DNA from: an uncultured Candidatus Saccharibacteria bacterium
GTDB taxonomy: Bacteria; Patescibacteriota; Minisyncoccia; Phycocordibacterales; CAIZLB01
Length of the DNA: 64,000 nucleotides
Direction of reading: 5' to 3'
Assembly (NCBI GenBank): GCA_964607805.1
Contig: CAZSLF010000004.1
Location: 7,477 to 71,476 of the forward strand
A program made the translations under genes and the position numbers. Below the pieces are notes generated by a model that was not told where the DNA came from, ran no database searches, and was given only the letters and a program-made list of their open reading frames with translations. Shown one piece after another: positions 9,845 to 19,061 of the stretch (its first letter is position 1; each line of letters starts with the position of its first letter).

Positions 9845-10198
9845 ATGAAAATAATTGTCAAAGGTTCACATATTGAAATAACTGAGGCGATTCACGAGTA
9901 TCTTGAAAAAAAGGTACAAGGAATTGAAAAGTTTTTAGGTGAAGAATCAATTGTTGAAGCTGATTTAGGTAAAACTACGAATCATCATAAACACGGAGAC
10001 ATTTTCAGAGCGGAACTTAATATCTCGAATAATGGGGACTATACAAGGGTTGTAGCAGAAAGTGGGGATTTATATTCTGCTATTGATATGGTGAAAGACG
10101 AAGCACATAACGCACTAAGTTCTAAGAAAGATAAAAAGCATTCTTTGTTCAAAAAGGGTGCTGCCAAGATTAAGAATTTGTTTAGGAAGGGGGAGTAG
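9845..10198 (+). CDS. hpf: Ribosome hibernation promoting factor (short HPF/RaiA)
   Basis: 117 aa. The N-terminus MKIIVKGSHIEITEAIHEYLEKKV is typical of the S30AE/HPF family. Confidence 0.85.
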   Translation: MKIIVKGSHIEITEAIHEYLEKKVQGIEKFLGEESIVEADLGKTTNHHKHGDIFRAELNISNNGDYTRVVAESGDLYSAIDMVKDEAHNALSSKKDKKHSLFKKGAAKIKNLFRKGE

Positions 10199-10285
10199 AG
10201 GTCAGTGGCAAAAGTTTAGGCTGGGGTTTATTTTCTCGATTTTATATTTGAGAATGGTTTTTGGTTTGCACAAATTATATCAGTA

Positions 10286-10313
10286 TTGACAAAACTATAA
10301 AAAAGTGTATAAT
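10286..10313 (+). promoter_or_regulatory. Near-consensus sigma70-type promoter of orphan unit A
   Basis: TTGACA (10286-10291), a 16-nt spacer, then TATAAT (10308-10313). It lies about 165 nt upstream of the ATG at 10478. Confidence 0.6.
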
Positions 10314-10359
10314 ACTGTGTGATAGTACATTGTAATGACTTGTTCTAGATATTGTTTTT

Positions 10360-10409
10360 CGCCACATTAGAGGTTGTATGTATTTATACACATAACCTCT
10401 ACTGTGGCG
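10360..10409 (+). other. 16-bp leader hairpin in the 5' UTR of unit A
   Basis: cgccacattagaggtt (10360-10375) pairs with aacctctactgtggcg (10394-10409) with one mismatch and an 18-nt AT-rich loop. Confidence 0.6.
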
Positions 10410-10477
10410 AAGAGTCCAGTGAAAACAATCGAGCAAACTGAGTAGTCAGTAAACTCATAACCAAAATAGATCACACT

Positions 10478-11116
10478 ATGAAAAGTGACCTTTCGTTAAG
10501 GCAAAGCACTGTTGAATCGACTGTGCAACCTCCAACTGATTGGACTGTTGATTGTATGGGCAATATCCGCTTCACGCTAATCTCGAATGGTTTTACCTGC
10601 GAACAGTGGGAACAACATCTAGAGCGGCGTGGTTGGAAAATCGACGGCATTGTACGTCAGATTCTGCGCATGGCGAGCGCTGAGCCTACCAATGGCGTCA
10701 CTTACAACATTGTTGTACGCCGAAATGCAAGCAAAAGCGACCGTATCACAAAGAAGATTTATGCTTCTGGTGAGTATTATGGTTGGGTCAAACCTCATTG
10801 GGAGGTTGCCTGTTTAATACGTGATACTTTCACAGACGAGCAGTTGGAAAAAATGCGTCTGTGGTATATCGTCACAATGCACGAACCTATCGAGAGTTTC
10901 GACGATCAGTTGTGTTTGCTAGTCTCGAACAGGAGAAATGACGGTCGTTGGATCAACGCCTGCTCAGGCAGGCCTGACGATTACTGGGGCGATGGTGATG
11001 GTGGTGGATTCACTTTCGAAGTCCCTCATCAGCCGGTGGCTGAGGTTTTAAAACCTAATACTCACAGGACATCGATCTTGAGAAACTTAGCTATTTGGCT
11101 GAAAACAAGGTTCTAA
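10478..11116 (+). CDS. Hypothetical protein, paralog family member A
   Basis: 212-aa ORF, visibly more G+C-rich than its neighbours. The C-terminal block LWYIVTMHEP..LCLLVS..DGRW aligns with the proteins at 18305 and 35478. Confidence 0.7.
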   Translation: MKSDLSLRQSTVESTVQPPTDWTVDCMGNIRFTLISNGFTCEQWEQHLERRGWKIDGIVRQILRMASAEPTNGVTYNIVVRRNASKSDRITKKIYASGEYYGWVKPHWEVACLIRDTFTDEQLEKMRLWYIVTMHEPIESFDDQLCLLVSNRRNDGRWINACSGRPDDYWGDGDGGGFTFEVPHQPVAEVLKPNTHRTSILRNLAIWLKTRF

Positions 11117-11129
11117 CCTAACCTCTCGA

Positions 11130-11155
11130 CCCCGATGCAACCGCATCGGGGTTTT
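11130..11155 (+). terminator. Intrinsic terminator (CCCCGATGC/GCATCGGGG type)
   Basis: A 9-bp GC-rich stem with a 4-nt loop and a TTTT tract. The same stem recurs at 18948 and 36219. Confidence 0.8.
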
Positions 11156-11186
11156 ACTATTGAAAAATAAATACAAGTGTAAAAAA

Positions 11187-12107
11187 TTAAGTCCTCTTCA
11201 AAAACTCTGAATATTCAACCTCCTTCTGTCCCTCAGGAATTACTTTTAAAATCTTCATAGTATTTTCCTCTGCAGACCAAATTGCGTCTGTGATTTTTAC
11301 ACGCATCGGCGTAACCGTCGCATCGCCCCCGTGCATCTTATCAACAAAAAAGAAACATGTTGGCCAAGTGTGAAAAGCATTGAACTTTAAGAATTGTTTG
11401 TAGCCTTCGTCGGCACCGAGCTTATTAATATGAATTAAACCATCAGGTTTTTGAATCTTTTTTGTAAATGTCGCTTCAGCATGATTCTGTTCAACTGGCA
11501 CAATTTCGCCGCTTAAAATTTTATCAATATTTTGGCCGAGAATATTTGCAGCTTGAACTGCTAATTCTTCTTCGAGATCATCGTATTTTTTTGGCCAGCT
11601 TAAACCTGGAACTCCAGCAATATCAATTCTTTTTTCTTGAATGAGAACAGGTCCATGATCCATCTTTGCGTCCATTAACATAATTGTTATTCCGGTATTT
11701 TTTTCATCATCTAAAATTGCTTGTTGAATTGGTGTGGCTCCTCTATATTTTGGAAGAAGTGATGGATGTATATTTAAAGTGCCAAATTTTGGAATATCCA
11801 AAACCGCTTGAGGAATAATCAGACCGTATGAAGCGACGAGAAAAAAATCTATAATACTCGGCCCACAAATACTTTTAATTTTATCTATCGCATCGCTATC
11901 TAATTTTTCAAATTGTAAAACAGGAATATTTTGTTTATCGCCGTAAATTTTTGTTAATGGGGGAGTGAGAATTAATTTTCTTCCTTTAGGTCGGTCAGGT
12001 GAAGTGATAATTGCTTTTGGAATCAGGCCGTGAATAGCAAGTGTTTCAAGAACTATAACTGAGAGTCGAGAAGTTCCAAAAAAGATAAATGATGATCGCA
12101 GTGACAT
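11187..12107 (-). CDS. fmt: Methionyl-tRNA formyltransferase
   Basis: 306 aa with the NIHPSLLPKYRGATPIQ motif. It is adjacent to def. Confidence 0.92.
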   Translation of the reverse strand: MSLRSSFIFFGTSRLSVIVLETLAIHGLIPKAIITSPDRPKGRKLILTPPLTKIYGDKQNIPVLQFEKLDSDAIDKIKSICGPSIIDFFLVASYGLIIPQAVLDIPKFGTLNIHPSLLPKYRGATPIQQAILDDEKNTGITIMLMDAKMDHGPVLIQEKRIDIAGVPGLSWPKKYDDLEEELAVQAANILGQNIDKILSGEIVPVEQNHAEATFTKKIQKPDGLIHINKLGADEGYKQFLKFNAFHTWPTCFFFVDKMHGGDATVTPMRVKITDAIWSAEENTMKILKVIPEGQKEVEYSEFLKRT

Positions 12108-12126
12108 AAAGATTAATATTTAGTAT

Positions 12127-12885
12127 TTAGCGATTATCTCGATCTAGTTTTGCTTTTCTAGCATCTTCTTTAATTTCTTCTGGATCAAATTCCTGAATAT
12201 CTTTTGCTTTTTCAATAAAAAGAATACCGTCTAGATGATCAACTTCATGCTGGAATATGTGAGCCAAGATTCCACTGGCACCTCGCTCTACAATTTCGCC
12301 CTTTTCATTGTATGCACGAAGGGTTACACGGGTTGAGCGACGTACTTTTCCATATAGCCAGCGAACTGAGAGGCATCCTTCGCCATCCATCCACTTTTTC
12401 TCTTTAGATTCTTTTACTATTACAGGATTGATAAAAATTTGATGAGGACTTTTGGTTGCGGCTGCGCCTTTTGATTTTAAGCTAGTCTTATTATTCTCGT
12501 CATTTAAATGCGTTTCTTCTGAAATAATATTTTCATGTTCATTTTCATGATGATCATCTTCGTTATTCTCGTTGCTCGCACCACCACTAATATCTTTCTG
12601 TGATGCCTTAAGTGCTCTCTCCTCCGCGCGCTCTTCGGCGCGCTTAATCCTGTCAAAAATAAACCCGGCAACAACAAAAATTCTAAGTGATACGCCGATT
12701 TGTGGCGCAGCAAGTCCTACACCGTCTTCTTGAGATTCAAGCGAAGCTACCATGTCCGCTATAACCTTCTGAACCTTTGCACTTTTTATTTCAGAGAAAA
12801 TAACCTCCTTAGCAGGGGTGTGGAGGGCAGGGTGTCCAGCCTGGACAATTTCAGAGATATTCTCTTTAGGATTATGTTTAGCCAT
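12127..12885 (-). CDS. def: Peptide deformylase with an acidic/His-rich insertion
   Basis: Motifs GLAAPQIG, EGCLS and HEVDHLDG are present. About 60-70 extra low-complexity residues sit between motifs 1 and 2. Confidence 0.92.
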   Translation of the reverse strand: MAKHNPKENISEIVQAGHPALHTPAKEVIFSEIKSAKVQKVIADMVASLESQEDGVGLAAPQIGVSLRIFVVAGFIFDRIKRAEERAEERALKASQKDISGGASNENNEDDHHENEHENIISEETHLNDENNKTSLKSKGAAATKSPHQIFINPVIVKESKEKKWMDGEGCLSVRWLYGKVRRSTRVTLRAYNEKGEIVERGASGILAHIFQHEVDHLDGILFIEKAKDIQEFDPEEIKEDARKAKLDRDNR

Positions 12886-12995
12886 GTTTTTCTATGTATT
12901 GTCAATCTAATATAGCTCTTTTTAGGCCTAATATCCACTGGTTGGCCGTCCACAGTCATTTCCATGATAATTCTAATTGTGCCATAATTGGGGAC

Positions 12996-13697
12996 ATGAA
13001 TACATATCACCACAAATCAGGCAAAGCTGCTGTCGGACCGATTATCGGAATCGTCATCGCTCTTGCTCTAATTATTAGCGCATCGGTTGTTCAATCAAGT
13101 TCAGCGCCAGCTGGAGCGATCGATGTCGAAGTTCCTGCGATCAGTTCTGCTGATCATGTAAGAGGAAACGCAGATGCTCCAGTTAAAGTAATTGAATATT
13201 CAGATTTAGAATGTCCATACTGTAAAAATTTCCACGAAACTATGTTACGAGTATTTACTGAATATGGTCCAACAGGAAAGATTCAGTGGGTATATAGACA
13301 TTTTCCGCTTACACAACTTCATAAGCAAGCAAGAGGTGAAGCAATTGCAACTGAGTGTGCGGCAAAAGCTGGTGGAGAAGATGGTAATCAAGTTTTCTGG
13401 ACAATGGTTGATAATATTTTCATGACAACTAAAGCAAATGACGGTCTCGATCTAACAACTCTTCCAGCTCTTGCTGAACAGGCTGGTGCAAACCGAGCTG
13501 AATTTATCAAGTGTTACAACGCCGCTGAAACTGCTGCAAAGGTAGACGCTGACGCTGCTGGTGGAGCTGCAGCTGGTGGTGAAGGAACTCCTTACACACT
13601 TGTAATCTCTGCTAAAGGGAATATTTTCCCAATCAATGGCGCCTATCCATATGAAGAGGTAAAGGCTACTATTGAGAAGGCGCTTGCTGATAACTAA
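12996..13697 (+). CDS. DsbA-family thiol:disulfide oxidoreductase
   Basis: I used the ATG at 12996. The protein has an N-terminal TM anchor and a CPYC active site (DLECPYCKNFH). Confidence 0.8.
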   Translation: MNTYHHKSGKAAVGPIIGIVIALALIISASVVQSSSAPAGAIDVEVPAISSADHVRGNADAPVKVIEYSDLECPYCKNFHETMLRVFTEYGPTGKIQWVYRHFPLTQLHKQARGEAIATECAAKAGGEDGNQVFWTMVDNIFMTTKANDGLDLTTLPALAEQAGANRAEFIKCYNAAETAAKVDADAAGGAAAGGEGTPYTLVISAKGNIFPINGAYPYEEVKATIEKALADN

Positions 13698-13727
13698 TAG
13701 ATACTGCGCGCAACAATTGGCGCGAAA

Positions 13728-15794
13728 CTAAATAAATGATTCAGGATTAATCTGAATCGGCGCAACTTCCGAGACGACGCTGAGTTTTTTCCAAAGCTCA
13801 TGCGTCGTTCTTGTTTCTTTATTCCAAATTTCGGTTGGAAGTGTAAATGTAATATTAATTATTGAACCTTTGCCACGAGGGGCCGGGATCATTGCAGGGA
13901 AAACGAGGGGTTCATAATCTTTTAGTGCAACTTCAATTTTCTTTGCTTGCCTTGTAATTGAATCACTTGGACCCATTAGACTAACTTTGCCCATGATTGT
14001 ATATGGGGGATAGTTGAGTGCTTGGCGAAGGTCCATTTCTTCCTTAACAAAATCTGCTAAAGTCTTTGCGGAAATTGCTTTGATAATTGGAGTCTCTGCG
14101 TTTCTCGTTTGAATTAAAAGATATGATTCAGCAATATCAATTAGTCGCAACAAAATATGTGCGATGCGTTCGTTGATTCGGAAATCCGGAATTGAAAAGA
14201 GGGAATCCATAGATGCGATACTTACCAACTTAACTTTCTCAATATATGAAAGAGCAGTTTCCGTGCCGATTAGAACTGCACCATTTTCCTTTTGAAAATC
14301 GGCTGCAATCTTTTTGGCTTCTTTGTCGTTTTTTGCACTATCTTTATCAATTTTATAAATGGCCAAATCTGGAAACCTTTTCTCAATTTCTTCATAAACA
14401 GTATCCGTGCCAATTCCGAGCGTCACTAAATTCCAGCTTTCGCATTTTACACAAGCCTCAAGTGCACCACGCTCACGTCCACAGTGATGACAGAGGAAAA
14501 ATCTGTCGTGGTTTATGCCTCCCAGACTGCTCGCGCCACCCGAAGTGCCGCCTTTTTCCGCAGACTTGTCAGCACCAGCTGCCGCGCCCTTTTTCGAAGT
14601 ATGCAGCACCACAGGCGCACTACATGTTTTACAAATAACAGTATTTCCGCAATCCCCACAAACAATTTGAGGAGAGAGCCCGCGACGTGATGCAAAGATA
14701 AACATATTCTGTTTTTTCTTTTGAGCATATTCGATCATTGAAACTAATTCTTCGCTCAAAACTTCGAATTTACTTGTTTTTCTTTTGTTCTCAATCATGT
14801 CCACAACAATTGTTTCAGTTTCTTGTTGGATACGATATGAGACAGGAAAAATTTCATTTATCTCAAAGTTTTCAATTCTATGAAGTGCTTCGAAACTCAA
14901 AAGTTGGTCACCATAAACTAATTTACAATGCAATTCTCTCGCATAATTTTCTGCAATTCTTCGCCAATCATAATATGGCACATGAAAAGTTCGGTATGCG
15001 CGCGATGATTCCATTTCCAAAATAATTGTTTCAATATCTTTGCGAGGGACTGAAAGAAATTGTGGAGTTACAATTATGACGACGTTTTTTTCTTGCTCAA
15101 TCGCTTGTTTCCAGGCTTCGTCAATTTTCTTTTTTGTTAAGCCTCCGTGGATCATAATCACAACATGTTCAATGCCTTTTTTTATCGCCTCATACAGCAT
15201 CTCAGTCGTGCGAGTTGTCGGCGCAATCATGAGCACAGATTTTTTTCTAGCCAGCTCTTCACGAATCATACTTTTATATGAGCTCATGCGATCTTCTGTA
15301 TTTACGGAAATTGCTACGAGGTCGAAAGGTTTTGTTTTGGTTAATGAAGTCGATGCCGAAGTCTGCGCCCCGCTCAATGATTTTGCAGGAATTTTCTCTG
15401 TGTCAGAATCTTCAATTGCGCCGTCCAATTTCACTTCGTATTTTTCCGAACTAGTGGGACTATACGAAAAAGCACAAGCTGGAATTGCGCTACGTAACAT
15501 TGCCCCAAAATTCTGTACAAAATATGAAGATGTATTTTGCACTGCCCGAATATATTCTGGTCGAACAATATGCAAGACGTGAGAGGAATTTATTTTTCGA
15601 GTTTTAAATTCTGCATCTTTAATTAAAGCTTTGGCTTCACTAAGTGGTACAGACGAAAAGACCAAGGCAGGAATACTTTTGCCTCGAAGGGGAGTTTTGA
15701 TAATAGATCCAGGAGCAATATGCGTCGCTGACCAGTATTGGAGTTCGGTTGCCCAGTTTCCCTTTATGATTGGGTATACACTAATTACATACAC
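13728..15794 (-). CDS. priA: Primosomal protein N' (PriA helicase)
   Basis: 688 aa with helicase motifs and a Cys-rich zinc-binding region (CGDCGNTVICKTCSAPVVLH ... CHHCG ... CVKC). Confidence 0.88.
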   Translation of the reverse strand: MYVISVYPIIKGNWATELQYWSATHIAPGSIIKTPLRGKSIPALVFSSVPLSEAKALIKDAEFKTRKINSSHVLHIVRPEYIRAVQNTSSYFVQNFGAMLRSAIPACAFSYSPTSSEKYEVKLDGAIEDSDTEKIPAKSLSGAQTSASTSLTKTKPFDLVAISVNTEDRMSSYKSMIREELARKKSVLMIAPTTRTTEMLYEAIKKGIEHVVIMIHGGLTKKKIDEAWKQAIEQEKNVVIIVTPQFLSVPRKDIETIILEMESSRAYRTFHVPYYDWRRIAENYARELHCKLVYGDQLLSFEALHRIENFEINEIFPVSYRIQQETETIVVDMIENKRKTSKFEVLSEELVSMIEYAQKKKQNMFIFASRRGLSPQIVCGDCGNTVICKTCSAPVVLHTSKKGAAAGADKSAEKGGTSGGASSLGGINHDRFFLCHHCGRERGALEACVKCESWNLVTLGIGTDTVYEEIEKRFPDLAIYKIDKDSAKNDKEAKKIAADFQKENGAVLIGTETALSYIEKVKLVSIASMDSLFSIPDFRINERIAHILLRLIDIAESYLLIQTRNAETPIIKAISAKTLADFVKEEMDLRQALNYPPYTIMGKVSLMGPSDSITRQAKKIEVALKDYEPLVFPAMIPAPRGKGSIINITFTLPTEIWNKETRTTHELWKKLSVVSEVAPIQINPESFI

Positions 15795-15921
15795 ACTATA
15801 ATATTGGCAGACTTAAGAGGGGAATGGAATACTTGACAGGTGCACAATTGAACGCGGAATGTTGCCGACCAATTATAAATTTAAGATTGTTTTAAAGCCT
15901 AAAAAAGAGTAATATAGCGCC

Positions 15922-16935
15922 ATGGCATTTTTCTCTAAGAAGCTTGGAATTGACCTTGGAACAGCGAACACCCTCGTGTTTTTGCCTGGCAAAGGAATTA
16001 TCTTAAATGAGCCTTCAGTAGTTGCTGTTTCTGAACAAGACAATCGAATTTTGGCTGTAGGAATTGAAGCAAAAGATATGATTGGAAAAACCCCAGATAG
16101 TATTATTGCGTATCGACCTATGCGTGACGGTGTTATCGCAGATTATCGTGTGACTGAAGCCATGCTTCGTTATTTTATTAATAAAGCACTTGGAAAATGG
16201 AATATCTGGAAACCCGAAGTTATGATTTCCGTTCCAGCGGGAGTTACATCGACCGAGCGCCGCGCCGTAATCGAGGCAGCAATTAAGGCCGGTGCCAAGC
16301 AGGCATATGTTGTGAAGGAACCGATTCTTGCGGCAATTGGTGCCGGTATTTCAATACAGGAAGCTGTGGGGCATATGATTGTTGATATCGGAGGTGGCAC
16401 GACAGACGTTGCGGTGATTTCGCTGGGCGGCATCGTGGCATGTACTTCGGTTAAGTGCGCCGGAAATCGAATCGATGCTGCCATTGCAGACTATATAAAG
16501 AAAACATATAACCTGGCGATTGGTGATAGAACTTCTGAAGATATTAAAATTCAAGTTGGTTCTGCTGTTCCACTTGAAGAAGAATTGACGATGACAATCA
16601 AGGGTCGAGATTTTCTAACCGGTCTTCCACGCTCAGTTGAAATCAAGTCGAATGAAATTGTTAAGGCCATTTCCAAAGAACTTCGCGAGATGATCAAGGC
16701 TATTAAAGATGTGCTTCAAGAAACTCCTCCAGAACTTGCGAGTGATATTATTGATAATGGAATAACGATGACAGGCGGATCATCGCAGCTTCGAAATCTC
16801 ACTGAACTCGTATATCGCCGAACAGGTGTAAAAGCCAATCTCGCAAATGACGCCCTATACTGTGTAGTTAAAGGAACTGGGGAAGCACTAAATCACTTGG
16901 ATACTTACAAGAAGACGATTATTAGTAAGCGGTAA
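15922..16935 (+). CDS. mreB: Rod shape-determining protein MreB (paralog 1)
   Basis: 337 aa with actin-fold phosphate motifs GIDLGTANT and DIGGGTTD. Confidence 0.93.
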   Translation: MAFFSKKLGIDLGTANTLVFLPGKGIILNEPSVVAVSEQDNRILAVGIEAKDMIGKTPDSIIAYRPMRDGVIADYRVTEAMLRYFINKALGKWNIWKPEVMISVPAGVTSTERRAVIEAAIKAGAKQAYVVKEPILAAIGAGISIQEAVGHMIVDIGGGTTDVAVISLGGIVACTSVKCAGNRIDAAIADYIKKTYNLAIGDRTSEDIKIQVGSAVPLEEELTMTIKGRDFLTGLPRSVEIKSNEIVKAISKELREMIKAIKDVLQETPPELASDIIDNGITMTGGSSQLRNLTELVYRRTGVKANLANDALYCVVKGTGEALNHLDTYKKTIISKR

Positions 16936-16942
16936 TTAAAAT

Positions 16943-17446
16943 ATGTTAAAAATTAATTTTTTTCCTGACTCCGATAAGCTGGATATAAGTAGTCATGTAA
17001 ATGAATATGAAAATATTTGGAATGAATTCGGTGAGAAAATTGTCAAAGCTTTTGAAAAATACTCAGGTTTAAAATTTAATGAGACATATGTAAATGCACT
17101 GGTTTTTGGAGCAGGAAATTTGAGTCAGTCGCACCCACTATGCTTAAGAGCAAATTGTGAAACTGACGAAAAAAAATCCTTACTCATACATGAACTTGCA
17201 CATAGAATAATTTATCGAAAAAGAAAACTTCCAAATATCGAGGATAACAAGGATGGTACTTTACTTCATTTCCATATGAACTTATTTTTGTTTGACGTTT
17301 GGAAAGAAGTTTTTGGAAATGAATTCGCTTTACAATCAATTGAAAGAGAAAAACTATATGCTGAAAAGTATAAAAATGCTTGGGAGAAATTTGAACAAAA
17401 TACAGAAGAACAGCGTCAACAAATTTTAAAAGAAATATTACTTTAA
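16943..17446 (+). CDS. Hypothetical protein with HExxH motif
   Basis: 167-aa ORF containing LIHELAHR. There is no other recognisable similarity. Confidence 0.5.
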   Translation: MLKINFFPDSDKLDISSHVNEYENIWNEFGEKIVKAFEKYSGLKFNETYVNALVFGAGNLSQSHPLCLRANCETDEKKSLLIHELAHRIIYRKRKLPNIEDNKDGTLLHFHMNLFLFDVWKEVFGNEFALQSIEREKLYAEKYKNAWEKFEQNTEEQRQQILKEILL

Positions 17447-17455
17447 GGATTTAGA

Positions 17456-18139
17456 ATGCTCCATCATCACGCACAATTAATAGAAGGGGATATAGAATCA
17501 TATAATCGTATTCTTGTTGATCTTGAATCCAAATTTGGCCTTCATAAAAATCATCCCGACCTAAATGCTTTTTCTTTTATTCATGAGAAACTCGGTATAG
17601 ATGATGCGCATAAAATTCATCATGTTATGTTGCGAAATCCTGCCTCTTCGCCTCAAACCGTCACAATTATTTACGCACATACTTTAACTGAAACCGCGCA
17701 AAACGCACTTCTTAAAATTTTTGAAGAACCACCACAGAACTCATATATTTTTCTAATAACAAATTTCTTACCTCACTTGCTTCCAACTTTGAGATCTAGG
17801 TTTGTGATGTATAAAAGTGAGAAAAGTGGTGCGTTTAGCGAAAAAAATAATAAGGTAGATAATTCAGATTTACTTCCAATCCTTTCAGTTCAAACTTTTA
17901 TAAAAAGTGGCATAGAAAAAAGATTAGCAATCGTAAAAGATATTCATTCGGCACTTGATAAAGAGAATATTTCAATTGGAGATGTTTGGAATTTTGCAAA
18001 TGAACTTGAAGCAGTCGCCAGACAAAATGCAAAAGGTGATATTGATACACTTGATGCACTCGTACGAACTCAACAATATATGCATGTTCCAGGGAATTCA
18101 GTGAAGATGTTGTTAGAGTATTTGGCGGTGCGAATTTAA
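17456..18139 (+). CDS. holB: DNA polymerase III delta'-like subunit (truncated clamp-loader AAA+)
   Basis: The block AQNALLKIFEEPP ... LLPTLRSR matches sensor-1/SRC-region motifs of HolB. Confidence 0.7.
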   Translation: MLHHHAQLIEGDIESYNRILVDLESKFGLHKNHPDLNAFSFIHEKLGIDDAHKIHHVMLRNPASSPQTVTIIYAHTLTETAQNALLKIFEEPPQNSYIFLITNFLPHLLPTLRSRFVMYKSEKSGAFSEKNNKVDNSDLLPILSVQTFIKSGIEKRLAIVKDIHSALDKENISIGDVWNFANELEAVARQNAKGDIDTLDALVRTQQYMHVPGNSVKMLLEYLAVRI

Positions 18140-18304
18140 GAGGGTATAGACAAGTATCCAATTTTAATGCATAGTGTGTTTAAATAGCACTTTGATTTCG
18201 GTTCTAACTTTTGCCTTGGCATATAGCGGTTAATAGATAATTCACCTTTATATGCTGTGGCGAACGTTAGTACCCACACATTCACAACGAAAACAAAACT
18301 GACC

Positions 18305-18871
18305 ATGAATACCATGCTTAGTGGCGCTTTGGAGATTATCTCCGGACCGCTCAAAAACCTGCTCGATCAGCTTGCTGGCGAGAAAAACGAGATTTGGGTA
18401 AAAATTCTGAATCTCATGTCTCGATTCAAGCCTGAGGAAATTCTGTATAGGCTGATGAAAAAAATCGACTTGATCGATCTAGGGGTCACTCCTTTTAATC
18501 CATATGGCTGGAGAGTTGAGGAACATACAACGGGTGGATTGGTTGAGTGGAACCCGGGAAATGTCGCACTCTACTTATCTGTCAGTCAGTCCGACGGAAA
18601 GTCAATCGTTGGCAGAGAACTCCGTAGGGAGCTTACAGGAAGACCTGTCTTCAACGCCAACCTTCTGGACTACCTTCACGAGAATCCAAATCTCATACCT
18701 GAGGAGTGGAAAGGACAGAGGATATTCTTTTGGGGGACAATATACAGTAACGCTGCAGGTCGCTTATGTGTTCGTTGCCTCGTCTGGGACGGGGCCAGGT
18801 GGCGCTGGAACTATGAATGGCTTGAAGGTCGGTTGGACAGCGGCAGTCCGGCTGCTATGGCTGCAAATTAG
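18305..18871 (+). CDS. Hypothetical protein, paralog family member B
   Basis: I used the ATG at 18305. The upstream ctgtggcgaa is non-coding leader in unit A. The C-terminal block RIFFWGTIY..GRLCVRCLVWDGARW aligns with members A and C. Confidence 0.65.
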   Translation: MNTMLSGALEIISGPLKNLLDQLAGEKNEIWVKILNLMSRFKPEEILYRLMKKIDLIDLGVTPFNPYGWRVEEHTTGGLVEWNPGNVALYLSVSQSDGKSIVGRELRRELTGRPVFNANLLDYLHENPNLIPEEWKGQRIFFWGTIYSNAAGRLCVRCLVWDGARWRWNYEWLEGRLDSGSPAAMAAN

Positions 18872-18947
18872 TCCTGGGTTCTAGTTCACTTTGGACACTT
18901 TGAACTTTGCTCTTCGGCTACAAAAAAGTTCTAACCAAACCTCACGA

Positions 18948-18972
18948 CCCCGATGCATCCGCATCGGGGTTC
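18948..18972 (+). terminator. Intrinsic terminator (CCCCGATGC/GCATCGGGG type)
   Basis: It has the same 9-bp stem as 11130-11151, but the T tract is weaker (ttctc). Confidence 0.65.
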
Positions 18973-19061
18973 TCACTTACCTAAATTTTCCCGCCCCTGC
19001 CCATTTTCCAAATTAATAAAAGTTTTCAAACCTTAAAACTATGCTAGAATACCACCCATAT

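Noticed and set aside
15040-15582. A 180-aa ORF antisense to priA.
   Set aside because: It is a shadow ORF within a well-supported helicase gene, and its composition is low-complexity and hydrophobic.
18504-18884. A 126-aa alternative-frame ORF overlapping family member B.
   Set aside because: The G+C-rich sequence keeps several frames open. The frame I chose carries the motifs shared with the two paralogs.
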